64,000 nt of DNA, taken from positions 1-64,000 of the forward strand of contig QPMI01000294.1 of assembly GCA_004431415.1 (NCBI GenBank), read 5' to 3'. Source of the stretch: Cyanophora paradoxa CCMP329. Its lineage: Eukaryota > Plantae > Glaucophyta. A program made the translations under genes and the position numbers. The notes under the pieces were generated by a model, which saw nothing but the letters and a program-made list of their open reading frames with translations, was not told the DNA's origin and did not search any database. This document shows positions 22,901 through 37,900 of this stretch, piece by piece; within the stretch, counting starts at the first letter, position 1, and every line of letters begins with the position of its first letter.

Positions 22901-25900
22901 TTCGCAAAAGACCCATCGTTGATCATATCGTCGCCTCCCCAACAGACGCCTCCAGCACAACGCAGAGGGGAGTTCCAAACGAACACTCGCTGAACACCGT
23001 TGCTAGCTTCCAACGCTGAAGGAGAGGGAACGGGACAGAAAGCGCAGGGACCGACCGCTGCGGTATTGTTGGCGTCGAACACGGCAGGATATCTGCTTGC
23101 AAAGAAGTTGATAAATGCAAACATAATATTTACACAGCGGCAGGGGCTTAAAAACTACGTATACTGCACCTTGATCCAGCAGCGGAGCACAGAATATCCG
23201 CCTCGGACAGGCCTCTTATTGAAGCGCAGTCTTCATCGAACGCGCCACACCCACAGTCGCATCCATCGCCAGCAGCGTAATGTCGGCTGCAGCCCCAGCG
23301 CACGGGAAGAAGCGCCGACTGAGAGCCACTGATCAGGCTTGGCTGCTGGACAAGGCTGAATTCGGGATCGACGAAGATAGTTTCCAGCCCGTTGCTTGCG
23401 AGGAGTGCCTGGATAGCGATTTATATTATATGTTCGAATGCGCATTTAGGGCTTTCAAGCGAAAATAAAGATTTACCTCGAATTGGCTCGAAATTGTCGA
23501 TTTATAGGACTCTTCAGTCACCTGAATGAAGAATTTTGTGGATCCAGACGCTAATAATGACACGCGAAGACTTTCCCGCGGCACGTTCAAAGCCTCTGCT
23601 AGCTTCTGGAGCACAATGTTTACGTGTCGGGGCGAATCCCGGCGAGCCTCTTCAAAGGGGATGTTGAACACAAAGACCAGGGCGAATCCGTCATCGTACG
23701 CGTCCGCCACGTCTGTCGCCGTCTCTCCCGGTTCCGGGCAGAGACCGGAATACGTGTAGACACGAAGCCTTCGCAGGAATCCAGAGCTCGACGAGATTTC
23801 AGCACGGACGAGACCACCGATCGAGACTTCGTTGCGCGGGGCTCGAGTATCGCAGACGGAGCCGGTGTCCAACTCGATCAACTGCGCCCCTGAGACGGTT
23901 CTCACAGCGATGACTCGCGCCGGGATGTCTCCAAGAGCGACTGTTACGTTCGAACTCGCTATATCAGAGGGCACCATGCCTCGACCAATAATCGTGACGC
24001 GCTCGCCGCCACGCACAGATCCTGCACGATTCGATATTTTGAATGAAATGAATGATTACTATTCAATTGAGCGAACCTTCTGACGGAACGAACTTGTCAA
24101 TGCCTCGCACCTCGACGCCACCCAAATCTGCCGTCGATGTCTTTCCGTAGAGCCTGTCGGTGATTGTGATGCCGAGCCGCCCAGTTCCCAAAGATGATGT
24201 ATCGGGTAGGGAGATCTCCAGCTCCTGAGCGCTAAAATCAGCGCCGCTCGCAGCACAGCAATCCGTTATTATTACAGCAACCAATTGTTTTTTGCAAGCG
24301 CACGTGAGAGCCATCACTCTTCAGATCTGAAAGGCGTAGCGCTGCAGAATCGATGTGCAGGGATCGGACTTGGCTTCTGTCCATCGCCACGATTACGATC
24401 GCCTGCGAAACGTCCGAGACGAGGTGCGCGCCAAAAAGGGTGACCTGCAGTACGGTTCGACGAATAGCTCATGTTCACAAGCGCCAGCATGCACCGTCTT
24501 TGCCTCCGAAAGATTCACTGTTGCGGGTTGAATTGTGTGCACACCGGTGTAGGTAAAAGAGCCGCGGGGACCCTGGGAAATGACAGCTGTACCATCCACA
24601 AGGCACGTAACAAAGCCGAAACCAGACGAAACGCCAGCGGCACGCGCGTTTCCAGTTGAGAGAATGACCGATCGGCTCTCGAAAGCGGGTCGCGGTGAAG
24701 AAGTATTTGAGCTGAAGGTTGGCTCAACTACTGCGGGCACGCCCTTGATGGAGCATGTAGGGAGTCCGGCAGGCCAGACGCCCACCAGAGTCACGGAGGA
24801 CCCGCCCTCGAGTGGTCCCGCTTGCGGCAAAACACGTTCGATCCCATACACGGTGAAAGCGGAAGGCCGAATGAGAGTTGTGACGCCTGACTCGGTGCTG
24901 ACTCGGACAGCGACATCGTACACGCGCGGGCTCAAAGAGAATTGAGGAAAAGCGGGGACGAAGCCGATAATCGATGATGAGTTAACATCGACGCCCTCAA
25001 CTACAAGGCTCGCGTCTCCAATTAATACAGCGTAGTCGTTAGGATTCGACGATGGCACGAGGGATGTGCCTAATTATAAAAGGCGCATGGCTCATGGTCA
25101 GTATTACACCAGATAAAATGAGAGGACAACGATGTGTGTAGCAAGCACCTCGGACGACGACAGTAGCATTTCCAGCGATGGAGCACGCTCCTGGAGTAAC
25201 AACATCGATCCCGGTGAACTGGAAGGCACGCTCACGTGCCGTTCGGAAGCTGTAATTTCCGTGGGTGATTTGGACAGCAACCTCGACGGGTCCTGTCCGA
25301 ATCCCTGCTGCAAAAAGCAACGCGGCGCTTGGGAGTGTAACCAGCAGCGATGCTCGATCCACACTAATCGCATCGGAGTAACTGACATCGCATGGAAAGC
25401 CAGCCACGGTGACGGCCGGCGTTCTCGCTGATGTGGTGTCTCCGAGAGAAAGGAGGCTGAGCCCAATGATTGTAATGAGCCTTGAGTTAGCATCGATCGG
25501 CAACAATGATGGTGTGATGGCGTAAATGCCCTAAAAGTGCACGTACAGTTTAGTAATGAGATACGTTGCGCAGAAATGAGAATCAGGGACCTCAAATGTG
25601 AAATTCGCCGTGCTAGCATAAATACTGCCACGGATGTTCCATAGCACTGGGCCTTGAACGTAGGTTAACGTTCCAGAGGACAGGTCGAACACACTTGAAA
25701 GGCGAGACTCTTCCAGCCTGCACGCACACTTTTATCAAAGACAGAGGGAGAAGCCGCTGAGCTGGGGAGAAACACGGACCGTTGCGTCCTAAGGACGACT
25801 TGCATTTCCCCTCGCGTTTCATCAAGGACTGTCATCGATTCAACGAGAGCCGAAACGCCTGCAGCTGTGACGTCGCTGACGTTTGCCGATCCAGAAACGA

Positions 25901-28900
25901 TGTCGACACCGGTGAGCGTCACGAGAGTGCCTCCTTCCATATATCCTCGCGACGGTACGGGTCCGGATGTGAAGCCGGCCGCTGAGCGTTGAGTTTAACG
26001 TTTGCGTTGTCCACACAAGGTGCGAATTGGCTCACCGGCATGGTAGTCAAAAGCGAAAGGAGAAACGAGTGAGCCACGAGCAAATGAATTGACCCGCAAA
26101 ATACACGAATGATGCAAGAGGGAAAGGGAAGGGGGCATTGTTCGAATGACGACCATAGTGCGAAGCTCGGCAGCACATGTCGAGTTCTTTAATTCCTCTC
26201 TTAAACTGGCTTGCACCGCAAGCTGCTCCGGACCAAACCAATCAAAGTCCTCGGTTGTGACGGTCACGGCACTGGCGCTTCCGCACTCCACACGGATGTG
26301 CTCTACGTCCGACGCGCCATCCGCCATGTCGCATCCGAGAATTGAGAGTGGGTACTGGTGTAAAGCCAGAGGCGTCAGAGAATGCAAAATCGCATGCACG
26401 ATAGCGACTTAATGTATCGTAGAGCAGCACGCACTCCGCCGAGGTTCGGTCCGTGCCGGGGTACGACGCCCTCAATCCTGCCCTTGCCTCGGTAGACAAA
26501 TCTGGCGTCCTGCGTAGACGCGCACCACTGTCTACTGAATAGCTTGACAAGCACGGGACCCGCAAACGAGAAGCTGCTACTTGAATTAGCTGCTGACGTC
26601 CTGGCGGATATGAGATAGTTTGACTGAGATTCGACGGTCGCTTCCATTCCCGCTAGGAAAACCCGTGCTGCCCTCACGCTACTGTCAGACGAAGCAGAGG
26701 CAATCGGAATGCTAAGCTGAGTCCCGCCATCTAGACTGCCAGACGAAGGAGATGCCGAGAGGACTGAGCAGAATGGAACGGCCTGGAACTGGACAGAAAC
26801 GTCTTCCACGGCGAGACTGCTCCTTAGTGACGGGGGAATTCTGTCGAAAGAGGATCGGGAGTAAGCCAGTTGAAAAGCAAACGTTTCAGAAGATCATGAT
26901 CAATGCTGCCTTACCGGTACACGGAGACAGCAACGAGCGATGAGCCCTCGCGGAGTTGAAGCTCCTCTTGGCCCAAGATGTTGCAAGGAAGACCGCAGGC
27001 GCTTAGAGCTGCTGCGGACAAGTCTACATCGACCACCGTCACTCTCAAGAGGGTTGGCACTTCATCGCTCGCCCCGGGATCGACAACCGTCACTTCGTAC
27101 GCTCCGGAGGCGGCATGGAACTGAAAGGCATCCTTCAGTAGGCCGATACCGCGACTAACAGACTCCGTAAGGACGCTGCACTGCGCTGCCCGCGTCGTGT
27201 TCAGGCGACTGGAGAGTGCAGGTATGGTGACCACCAGAACTGATAAATTGGCCTGCAGAATCTCCGCCGGAACCGACATATTTGCTACAGCATCGCTGCA
27301 AACGAGCTGCACGGATACAATGTCGCTTATGCCGTCGGCGAGATTTTCGCCCGCGATCGTGACTTGGCTTTGAGCCATGTTTCGAGGACCATGGTCCGGG
27401 GCAATTGAGAGGACACGTGGAAGCTCGTTGTACTTAAACAGAATGTCCCCTGTGCAATTGCCATGCGACGATGACCACACGTCGATTCGACCGGCGTCCG
27501 TGCTTACTCCGGGACTGGTTATGAGCACCAATGAATCCGAAGCCGATGTGCTGCTCACGATCCCGCGAGCTGCATCGACCGCAATTCCTGCCAAGCTCAC
27601 AACTTGCACGGTGGTAGGATTATGAAATCTGCCAGAGACGGTCACGGTTGAGCCGCCTGCAAGCTTGCCACTCGTAGGAGAGACGGAGAGAATCTCGCAG
27701 GCTGGGTTGTAGATGTAAGTGCAACGCGTGCAGCCTAGAGCTTGGGTGCTGCCACGCGAGATCGAGGAGATCACAACAGGAACGGAGGCACCCAATGTCG
27801 CGTTCACCGCTAGCGGCGGGGTGACGACCACCACCATGCGGTCCGAGGGAGGCGGGTCCTGCAGGATGAGAGCGCTGGCGTTCCCGAAGCGCACTTCCGA
27901 AACCGAGTCTCACACTTCCGCAAAGAACCGGCCGGCCAGGGTGACTGCGCGGGGCATATTCCTCGTTAGTTCCAATCGGATCTAAATATTAAGCGCAGGC
28001 GCAGAGCAAATTGATTACTCACGAACCGATGTTACCGCCATGATATGGTCCAGAAAGCGGCACGACGGATTCGATGGCCCCAGCTGATCATGACAAGCTT
28101 TTTAGACTTATTACGAACGTGCATCGGGGGTACGCACGACCGAGGTACGTGTACGCCTCCGGGGAGCTGATCGTGCGGGCAAAGAGCCTCGAATACACCA
28201 CCACTTCGCCGGTGTACTGGGACAGCGCGGCCCTGCGGGCGTCCCCTGCCCGCACCACGACCGTAGAGCTTGTGCTGCTTATCTGCGCAGCGCAAAGAAA
28301 CGGTATCCGTGAGTGGGGTTGATTGCTGTTTGGATTGGCCAGTTGCAAGCGCACGATCTCTTGGGCGGGGACGCCGCATAGATCAACGCGGTAAATATCG
28401 GAGGGCATTGTGTCCACTCCGAGCCGCTCTCCTGCTCAAAGATAAAGCTTAAAAGCTTAAAGAGCTTAAAGCTTAAAGATAAAGATAGCTTAAAGAGCTT
28501 AAAGCTTAAAGATAGGAACGACACAAGAGAAGAATGCATGGAACCTGCTATAGTTACAATATTTCCACCTTCCATCGGCCCCTCGTTCCTCGTAACAGAA
28601 AATATTTCCCCGACTGCAGCCTTCAGCATTAATGCGTAAAATCGAAAACAGCGTATGATCATGAATAAGCATCACCTCTCGCAACGACGACACTGTCAAT
28701 CTGGAGGGGGCTCTGCAATCACGTCAATTAAAGTCTGATTTGTGAACTGGCCATCGGAAAGGGTGTAATTCCTATAAGAATTACAAACCGAGGATCGAGC
28801 TCCAATGACGAGAGCGAGGTTCTGCGATGATGCCAATTTCGTGTTCTGCACAGCAATTCTGCTCAAAGGAGGCTCAGCATGGAAAAGTACACTCAGATTG

Positions 28901-31900
28901 ACAGAGAGCAATTGTACAAATGTTAACAGTACCTGTTGAGCAAGTTGTGTGAGGTTCCGTCTGCAGAAGATGTAAAGAACGAGAGCTCGGCACTAGAACT
29001 TTTAGGGTCGGATGCCACCGGCGTAAACGACATGTGCGCTCGCCATTGCCAGAGGGACGAAACGGCGTCGGTCACGTTCGGCCGTGCGTCCACGAAAGCA
29101 GGATAATAGTTTTCGGAAGACGTCGACGATGGGGTACGGCTTCCTTTAGTGATCCATGTCTGTCTCCCGTCGTACACTGCGATCCCGGGCCGCACATCGG
29201 ACCTAAGCGCCGACGATGATGGCGCGCGGTCATCGAATCGCAGTGCCACCGAAATTCCCTGAACATCATTACTCGTTAAAGACGCTTTAAGATCTAGAGT
29301 GCACGGTTGCATGAGCGTTCACCTGAAGAAATCCTGTATCGGTGGTGTAAAAGGACTTCAGCTGCTTGAATGTCTGGGCGTCCTGGCACATCGAGCCTGG
29401 CATGCTGCCCACTGCAAAGCTCAGGCTAGAAAGCCATTCCAAGGGAGCTTCAGCTGGCGTGGTGAGGGTTATTGTCGCTTTGAAGAAAGGCCCTGGGTTC
29501 GAAGCGAGAGATGGTAGCTGCGCGGTGGTAAGAGCGGCTGCAGCGCAGAATGCAAAAAGTGCCAAAAAGCTCGAACTGGAAAGACAGTAAACGAGCCCGG
29601 GACTGACGCCTGGACAACTCGACCAGTAGCGTTGACCGACTGCAGATTGAGCATCTCCCGTCCAGGCGCTGCGCTCGCACAGCCGATACACCCAGATCAG
29701 CAAACGCACACTCGGCACATGCACGCCAGTCGCAAAGACTGCGAAAGGCTACACGGGGGCGGAACCGGTTTAAGCTCACAGCTGCAGCGAGCCGCAACAG
29801 TTCCGAGGGGGCCCCCCCAGGACCAAAGAGCGCACGCATGGCCCAGCACGCGTCGTCGTCCTCGACATATTGCGATGCAACGTCCCCGATAGTTCCAGTT
29901 TGTTCGATGTGTCGGAGGTCGGCATGCATCAGAACGTTTGCGTCGAGAACTGCGCATGCGTTTTGTTGCGCTGTTTTCAGCTGTGGCAATGGGACGTACC
30001 TTGCCACACGGCGGCCGAAAATTGTCCGCCTAGGCCCTCAGCTGCGGCACTAGAGCTGCATAACAGAACCACCAAGAGGCTGGCCGAGGAAGAAACGAAG
30101 AGAGGCCTCTCTGATGTGCTGCCCCCAACGAAACTCCCGATCTCGACAGAGTGCGCGTGATCCGGGGAGTCGTATACCTTCGCTAAATTCGTTAGCGGAG
30201 GCGTGTGAACCTCTGCGACGAGCCAGCACGGACTTTTATTGCGGAGCCGTTCACGAGGGTAGACTGTAGAAGCTGGAAAGCTATTGGCCCTTGCGTAGAC
30301 TTCACGGACCTGAGCGCGTTAAATAATTAATTATCGTTAGGCGAAACATCGTATCGAAGCAGCGTATTCGATGAATCTCACCAACTCTTTGAGCCCTGCA
30401 GCTGTCGTGCGCAATGGCGCTCAAAGCCTATTATTGAGTACGATCGTTCTGGCTCTAAATCAAGATGGACGACGAAAGATTCCGCTGATTCGACAGCAAG
30501 CGGATCATCTGGCGTGTCTGAATGAACACTAGGCTGGAAGAAAGCATATTCTCCAAGCGTAATGTAGTATATACTTACACGATGAATACAAGACTTCAAA
30601 CTTGACGGTAACGGTAGACAGGACCGAATACAGTGTGGCGGCAGATGTAGAAAAGACCATGAATAGGGAATTGGAAGTTGCTCGAATGATCAACGATTCG
30701 CTGGAAGTCCCGCCATCTAATTTCTGGCGCAGCTTGGAGGGATTCGGCCAAGAGTCATCGAATACCTGCGATGGAATGAGAAATGCGGCACGGTCACGAA
30801 ATTGGCGAGTGCCGAAAACGCACAGTTAGCATGTCCCGCTGCAGCCCAGAGGCCAAGTTAAGCGATGAGAACGCGATCGTGGCAAATCTGCCTGGCCGCG
30901 ATTGAATCAACCTGCCGAGGATTTAAGACAGCGAATCTACGTACACTGGTACCGATCTACTGAGTTATCGGAAAGGTTCAACACACCAGCTTTTCGTAGC
31001 GTTTAGTTCTGCCCCGCCCCACTCGAAAACAAATATCTGATCGTCGTCTGTGGCTTCCAGCTGGGCATATTTCGAGACTTCAAGAGGCTCTGACCATGTA
31101 TAAATATCAGCAAGAATAGCATCGAATGGTTTAAAATAGCATGTGAGTTGACCTGCAACATAAGATGCACTAAACCAGCCGCCTCCAGACGCAAAAATGA
31201 CGAGCAACACATTGCCAGAGCTATGTACCAGGTTTTGCGAAGCTGCATCCGTCAAGTTTGAGTAAAGGGCCGTCTCCGTCACGCAGCATCCGTCATAGAT
31301 CTGGCACCAGTGAATTCACAGTTGCGATTGAGCGTTTTACGGAGTCACGAATAATTTTATAAAGCATAAACATTAATTGAAGTCACCTGCAGGCGCGTCC
31401 AGCCTCCTCCCAATGTAAACGACAAACGAATGCGCTCCCTCTCCCTAGCCTGAACAACCCTACACACAAAATTCGTATGTCAGCAAATAAGAATGAATCC
31501 ATGTGACTTATGATTGATCGCTTTCTGATTCACCACGTCGACGTCTCAGAGCTCGAAATATTCCCGTATTGCAAGGGATCCGCAAACATCAACACACTTG
31601 CTCGATCTGTGATTAACAACCAAACAAAGCCATTCAGCCGGTCGAAAAAGCTACATTTCTTCGCGCGATCGAAAAGCAGCACCTGCTCTTAACTCGATAA
31701 GTAGGTCTGCTGCTTGCCCGTTTGACATGGACGAAAAGACAATGAATGCGACATTCGATGACGAAGCGACGTTCACGGGAGCATCAAGCTTTCCACTCGT
31801 TCGAAGAAGAATTGCCCTCGGATCGGGCCGCTCTGAGTCGTACATTTCAACGAAATCGCGGTCGATTAGCGATGAAATTGAAACGTGCGCGACGATCCGA

Positions 31901-34900
31901 GTTCCTGGGGGCGACCGTATAATCCTGCATGCAGTTACATTTATTTGACCTTGGGAGGCTGAGATCACCGATCAAACCAGCTCTGGTAGAGATGCGATAG
32001 GTACCCTCCGGAGGCGCCTGTCTGCGGCCGAATGGTCTCGTATTTTCGCCCCGGTTCTTGTAGATCGAGCACGATTTCGCTCACGAAAGAGATCGCTGCA
32101 GCAAGCGTTAACCAGGATTGCAGTTTGTTCTGTCAATATTTGTGCTGCAGGCGCGTACCCTCGACGGAGTAGGCGAGCTCGAAGTCAGGACATGGAGCGA
32201 CCGTGCATTCAACAACTGCGAAGCTGGACTGTAAAGAAACGAGCCCCGAAGTAGTGGACAGAGTCGCCGCTGGCAAGTCACTTCCAATCTCAGGATATGC
32301 TTTGTCGAAAACCTGCAGCCGGATGTCGATCGATGCACTCGTTTCGCTCTGTTTCCGGATCAGCAGGATGAAATCGCGCACCATAAGCGCATTTCCAGAC
32401 GCAATCGATCGTAACCGCAGCTGCAGGACGAACTTCGTGCGCTCCCAGACCTGCGATCCATCGACAATCCTGGCAGCACATAAGCCCCAGGCACATCACA
32501 AATCTATTTCTGGGCATAGTGAACGCCGCGGATTACCATCGCAACTTGCACGTGCTTCCCGAGATATGAAGTGTCTGAATGGCAGGCCGGGCTTCAAGCA
32601 CCGTGACGGGGCACTCGAATGAGCTTGCAATCGCGAGCAGACGAAAACCCCATGCGAGGCTATCGCTCTTTTTTCGCCTTCTTTCTCCGCCGGCTCGGAA
32701 CGACAAGTAGGCAAAGTTTGATGCAGTCTGGAGGGTGCGAGCATCCGTGTTCTGACCACGCAGCTGAAGGATATTTTCTTCAAGAGGTGTTGGGGATTCG
32801 TACAACTGCCTTGGGTAAGATCGCTCGTTTGTTGCCGATTAGAGAGCGATTTCTTTCACCGTGAGGCGATCCTGAATGTCTCCCAGGAGAACTCTTGCGA
32901 AATGAAAGACAAGTCGAAAGCCTTTTGGCGCTTCGAACACCCTGAAATGGAGATGTTCGGACCACGGCCCGGCTCGAATTAGAATTCAAACGTGACCGCG
33001 CACCAAGCATCGTCGAAGGAGGCCTGGTAGTTCATGACATCAAGCTTTGTAAGCATCTCCGTAACATTTACGACATTGTCGGCTGATCATGCATAAACAA
33101 ATGAGAACGAGATGCAATGAAGGCACAAAGCGCTAATTATAGACTGATTTTGTATAACGCTAGACGAAACTGAATTCGAACGAGCTAGAAGAACTAGAAT
33201 CGGAAATGAAGAACAATCAAGAAGAAGAGTCACCAGCCATGTATTCAATGACGAACCCAGACTTGGATCCAGCTAAGGCGTCGGATGCGATCAGATAAAC
33301 TGTCGCTTTGTTACCTCGGGAAGATATCGAGACGTTTGAAGCCGTGTCGCTCCCGTGGAGGCGAAGGAGCACCCCGAAGAAGTCAGCGATCTTTTATTTG
33401 ATCGCAAATGTAATTAGAAACCCCAAATCCGAGAGAGTGGCGGCCGCGGTACCTCGATATAGTCTTCATCCTGGGCCGTCAAGCTCGACGCAGCTACGAG
33501 TCTCATGACAATCTTGCGGCCTGGGGGAGCAACAATCTCCCTGCAGAAAGGCGAGCATCATGACCATAATACAGCGCGCAGCATTCATTTTCTGGCGCGA
33601 GCACTGAGCACGCACCACTTCCGCGTAATGAGAGATGTATGCGCGCTGAGATAGCTTTGTTCAAACCGTATTGTTTTTTGAACGTCAGACGCTTCAAGAA
33701 CCGTCACTGCGAGAATGAAATTAACTTTGATCTCAAGCGCCATGACGGGTTTCGTTCAATAAGGAATATATCCCTTACCGTATTGAGCCCATCCGTCTAG
33801 CATTGACAACTCCGAAAACTCGGCCCCGCTAGCACTTTCCAGTTGGAAACTGACAAGAAGAGCTCGCTGGGGACCAGTGCTTCTGAACACAAGCGACGAG
33901 TATTGCTCCAGCATCTGCTCTGTTGTTCCACTGAAGTGCACAAGAACGGGAGAGGAAGGATCGACGCCATCGTAAATCTGAACAGTTTGTCAGTGTCTAA
34001 ACCTTTAAATCAAAGCAGAAATAAATAGAGTACCGAAAGAAAAATCTGGGGGCTCGAGGCGATGCTGGAAATATTTAGCTCGGCACATGCGCCCTCCGGT
34101 GCGGTGATTAGCCTAGCCGAAGCATGCGTGAGATATCGCAACGGCATTGCGGCATTATATGATCACGCAGCGAATCAAGTCACCATTTGCCCACTTCACG
34201 CGAGAAAGGAGTAATCTCGAGAAAGATGTGAGCGCGCGTGGCATTTTCGTGAAGAGAAATCGCTTTGATGGTCTCGGAAACTGCACTCGGCGTAATCAAA
34301 TAAGCCTCGCAAAAAAAGCTTTAGGCACGTGGCTCAGTAGTCGCACCTGCGGTGACTCTAAGTGCTACCCTCGTGCTTGGCCCCGATGCCCAGAGGGTCG
34401 CAAAAAGCGAGTTCGATGAGCTCGTGATTGCCTTTCCAGAGCGATCACGTGCACCATCGATCACCCAAAGGGTCTTGCTTCGATCGATCATGTCTCCCTC
34501 GTAAATCTGCAGCGCCGTAGCGGATTACGCCTTCTTCGAATGCTGGGGACCGGAGTGGATTGAAAGCTGTATCAAAGCACCATTAAATGATCAGGGCTTT
34601 CGATTTCGAGAGAAGTATTCAAAACCTCCAGACGGATGCGATGGGCACGGCCAGCCGAGATCGACCTGATAATAATAAAGAGCACGATTATTAAATCCAG
34701 ATCCTTCAACGAATCGTCCGCTGAACGAACCAAGCAGCGGCCTGCAGTGTTGTCGCTGGTTGCGAGGGGTTCTGGCAAGTCAAATTTACGCTCTCGCCTT
34801 CCTGAAGCTGGACTTCCTCGACCCCAACTGCGGATTCATGAGAGAAGCGAATAGAACTATGATAAACAGTGCGACGACTAGAGAAAACAAAGCTAGAGCA

Positions 34901-37900
34901 TGTTTGGAAACGGCGCACTGAAGTACGCCTCCGCACGGAACTGCGTCGCGGCGAGGCCCCTCTCGGATTCGAACACGACATGAAGTGCGTTCGTGCGATA
35001 GTAGCTGTACACCGCGGTGGTGCCAATGTGAGCCTTTAGCATAGACAGGTCTCCGGTGAATGGCGATGGCGGCAGTCTCTCTCCAAAGGCGTCGGGGCCG
35101 TTGTATATCTACTTGCACCGAAAGTTAGAGAGCTTTTCTCTGCACCGACATACCGCGAAAGAATATTACTGCACGCACCGAAATGGATGTGGAACCTGCT
35201 GTCATCGACAAGCTTGTGAAATTGAAAACCACCACAGAGCTTTTCGGTGCAATGATAGTCCACCGGTACCTGTCCAAAGTACCGTAGCCCTCGACCGCGT
35301 CGACGGGCGGAAATTGAATGTTCTCCCTCGGGTTTCTCGGAGAGAGGGTCAGGACAGATCTAAAGGAGTCTTCAACGTTTGTGCTGAGACCTATTGCTGT
35401 GAAACTGGATGCATCTGCATAACAAATCATGATAAATCAATTCAAGATCGGGAATCAGACTGCTCTAGCGAGATGATGTTAAGATTTTCGATTCGTACCT
35501 CCCGATCCCCATACTTCGAATGGAGACAGGAAGGGGACGCTAGTGCTTTCCGTGGTCTGGTTAAGTACGAATAATTGCGCGGTTCGATTGCTCCAGGACA
35601 GCAAGTGGCGTCCATCCGGCGATAGGGCCAGAAACTCGACGGGCGATCGTCGAGATTCATCTGAAAATGTGGCGAGAAGCTCTCCTGTTGCCGTAGAGAA
35701 CGCCCGCGCAAGGCCGTCGAGGCTAGCGGTGAAGAGCACACGCGCATCTGGCGATAGCGTAATCGCGGATACGCCCGCCGCATGGCCCGTCAACGCATGC
35801 AGCCTTCTCCCGTCTGCAACCCACCAAATGTACACAAGCGGCTCCGCCAGCTGCGTGAACCCAGTTCGCGATGGCTCCACCGCAGCAGCGGCAAGGAATC
35901 CGTCCCTAGATAATGCAACGGCGGTGACCGGACGCTCCGATTCCATGATGAGCTTCCTGCTGAATTGTGTGTTGAGAATGAAAACTTTGACCGTGCCGTC
36001 GGCGCCTCCAGAGAGAAGAAGCGTGCCGTTAGCTGAAAGTGCTATAGCCCGAATCGGCGAGCCGCCATGGGCTTTGTCCAATGGCCCTTGATCCGCGCCA
36101 CGACCTGTCCTGACATCCCGAACCACAATGCTGCCGTCGTCTCCGGCGGTAGCAAAGAGGCCTGACTGGGAGAACGCGGCCGCGTTAACTGCTCTCGAGT
36201 GCGGTTGTGTGCGCATGCCGATGTTTAGCCCCGACGCAAGGAACCACAGCCTGGCCAGCTTATCCGAGCCTGCAGATAGAAGTAAAGCGCTGTCGGCTGA
36301 AATGTCGACAGCGTTTACTCTTCCCGAGTGCGCAGGAAGCTGAGAGGCCAGCGCGCCAGACAACGGGTCCCAGAGCTGGACCGTGCCGTCGCTTGCTCCG
36401 GTCACGATGACGCCATCCGCAGCGCCAGCCGCGCCCCATTTCAAGGCAGTCACTTGCTTTGAAGTCGCAAGGGCCAGCGTCCTTTGAGGAGCAGAGTGCG
36501 AAGCAAGAGACAGGAGTGCGACGTCAAGGCCAAAAGTCCGGTTTTCCGAGTTGGGACCTGTGCATCGCACGGGTCACGAACGCATATTCAAGTTCGCTGC
36601 TTTAAATTTGGCATGCTCGTGCCTGTCACGACGACGTAATACTGTTGTTCTGCGACGACGGGGGCCTTTAAGGTCGCAGCTTGCGGATTCAAAGTGCATT
36701 CTGCACTAGTACCGTTTCCTGCAATGGACCGGCTGGGACCTTGGCATTTTCGATAATGAGTGAAATAAAGTAGAAGCGCACCTGCTTGAGCAACGATCGA
36801 AGAGTCTGAAAATGAAGCAATCGGGCAGGCGTTCGCATCAAGGAGCAGGATAGAGGAGCTGAAGTTCGTGGTCGGCGAGCACGTGGAGAAAATGAGCAAC
36901 CTACGGAGAGCGCAAATGCAATGAACACAGTACTGTACTAGCTATATAGAGGGAACGAACGAAAACGAAAGATGCTCATACCCTGTGCGAGGGGGAACAA
37001 AGCTGAACCACGCCTCACCTGCTCCGCTATCGTTGCGCGCAAGGTACGCTGGTCCGAGCATTTGAGTGATCGACACGGAAACGCCAACGCGGAATGCGTT
37101 GGAGCAGGGAACAAATGTGCTGTTTGGTGCGGGTAGAGGGGAAGGGGATGGTGTCGGAGAGGGCGGCGTTCGCGGCTCTTCGATTTCAACAGAGAGACCG
37201 AAGTTGCCCTCGTGCCTGTCCTGGTACCCTGGAGTAATTTTAAGCGAACGTCGGGGCTGAAAGAGCATGCAAGGTCTGGGTCTCCTTTCGATTCCTCAGA
37301 TTATTGAAAGTATTACCTTTTACAACGATGTAGAATACGGATCCGTTCTCAACCCGCGCAGAGAGCTGCGAGCAGCAGATAGAGTTTTCTACACATGTTC
37401 CCTTGTCGAAGTCATCTGTGCGAGTGAGCATGCACAACACTTACGTAAGCTCTCAAGTGCGAGAAATTCGCTGACTTGCTTTAAAGCGTTTCTTATCATT
37501 TATTGGAGTGTGTTTTTATGCTCACCGTTTTTTGCAATGAGAGCTTCGTCCACGGAAATCGAAGCCACTGGACACGCTGAAGCAGAGAACAGCGCCAAGA
37601 TCGTGTCGAAAGCAGTGAGGGAAGAGCAGGCAGAGATGACAGCGGTGCTGCGGCGCCCCATTTCGGTATGAAATATAGTAATTCCACACACATCCGTCAC
37701 ATGCAGGGGCCCGGGCGATTGCGAACCCAGATCTCGAGGGGACGAAGCGAAACCAGGCCTCGCCGGATTTTGATTGAAGGTCTTTATCGATACCGAAGGG
37801 TAAAAACGATGGACGCCCTTTCGTCGTTCCGTTTACGAGGGCGGGCGCGTCGATTGGTACCGCCAGGACGCAGGGCTCAACGAAAGGGGTTGGCGTGGGG

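Noticed and set aside
29800-30010. ACAVLDAN segment as a separate glycosyltransferase, and a signal-like FLALFAFCAAA near 29540
   Set aside because: There are no supporting motifs; the hydrophobic stretch falls in a probable intron, and the exons fit the continuous giant gene.
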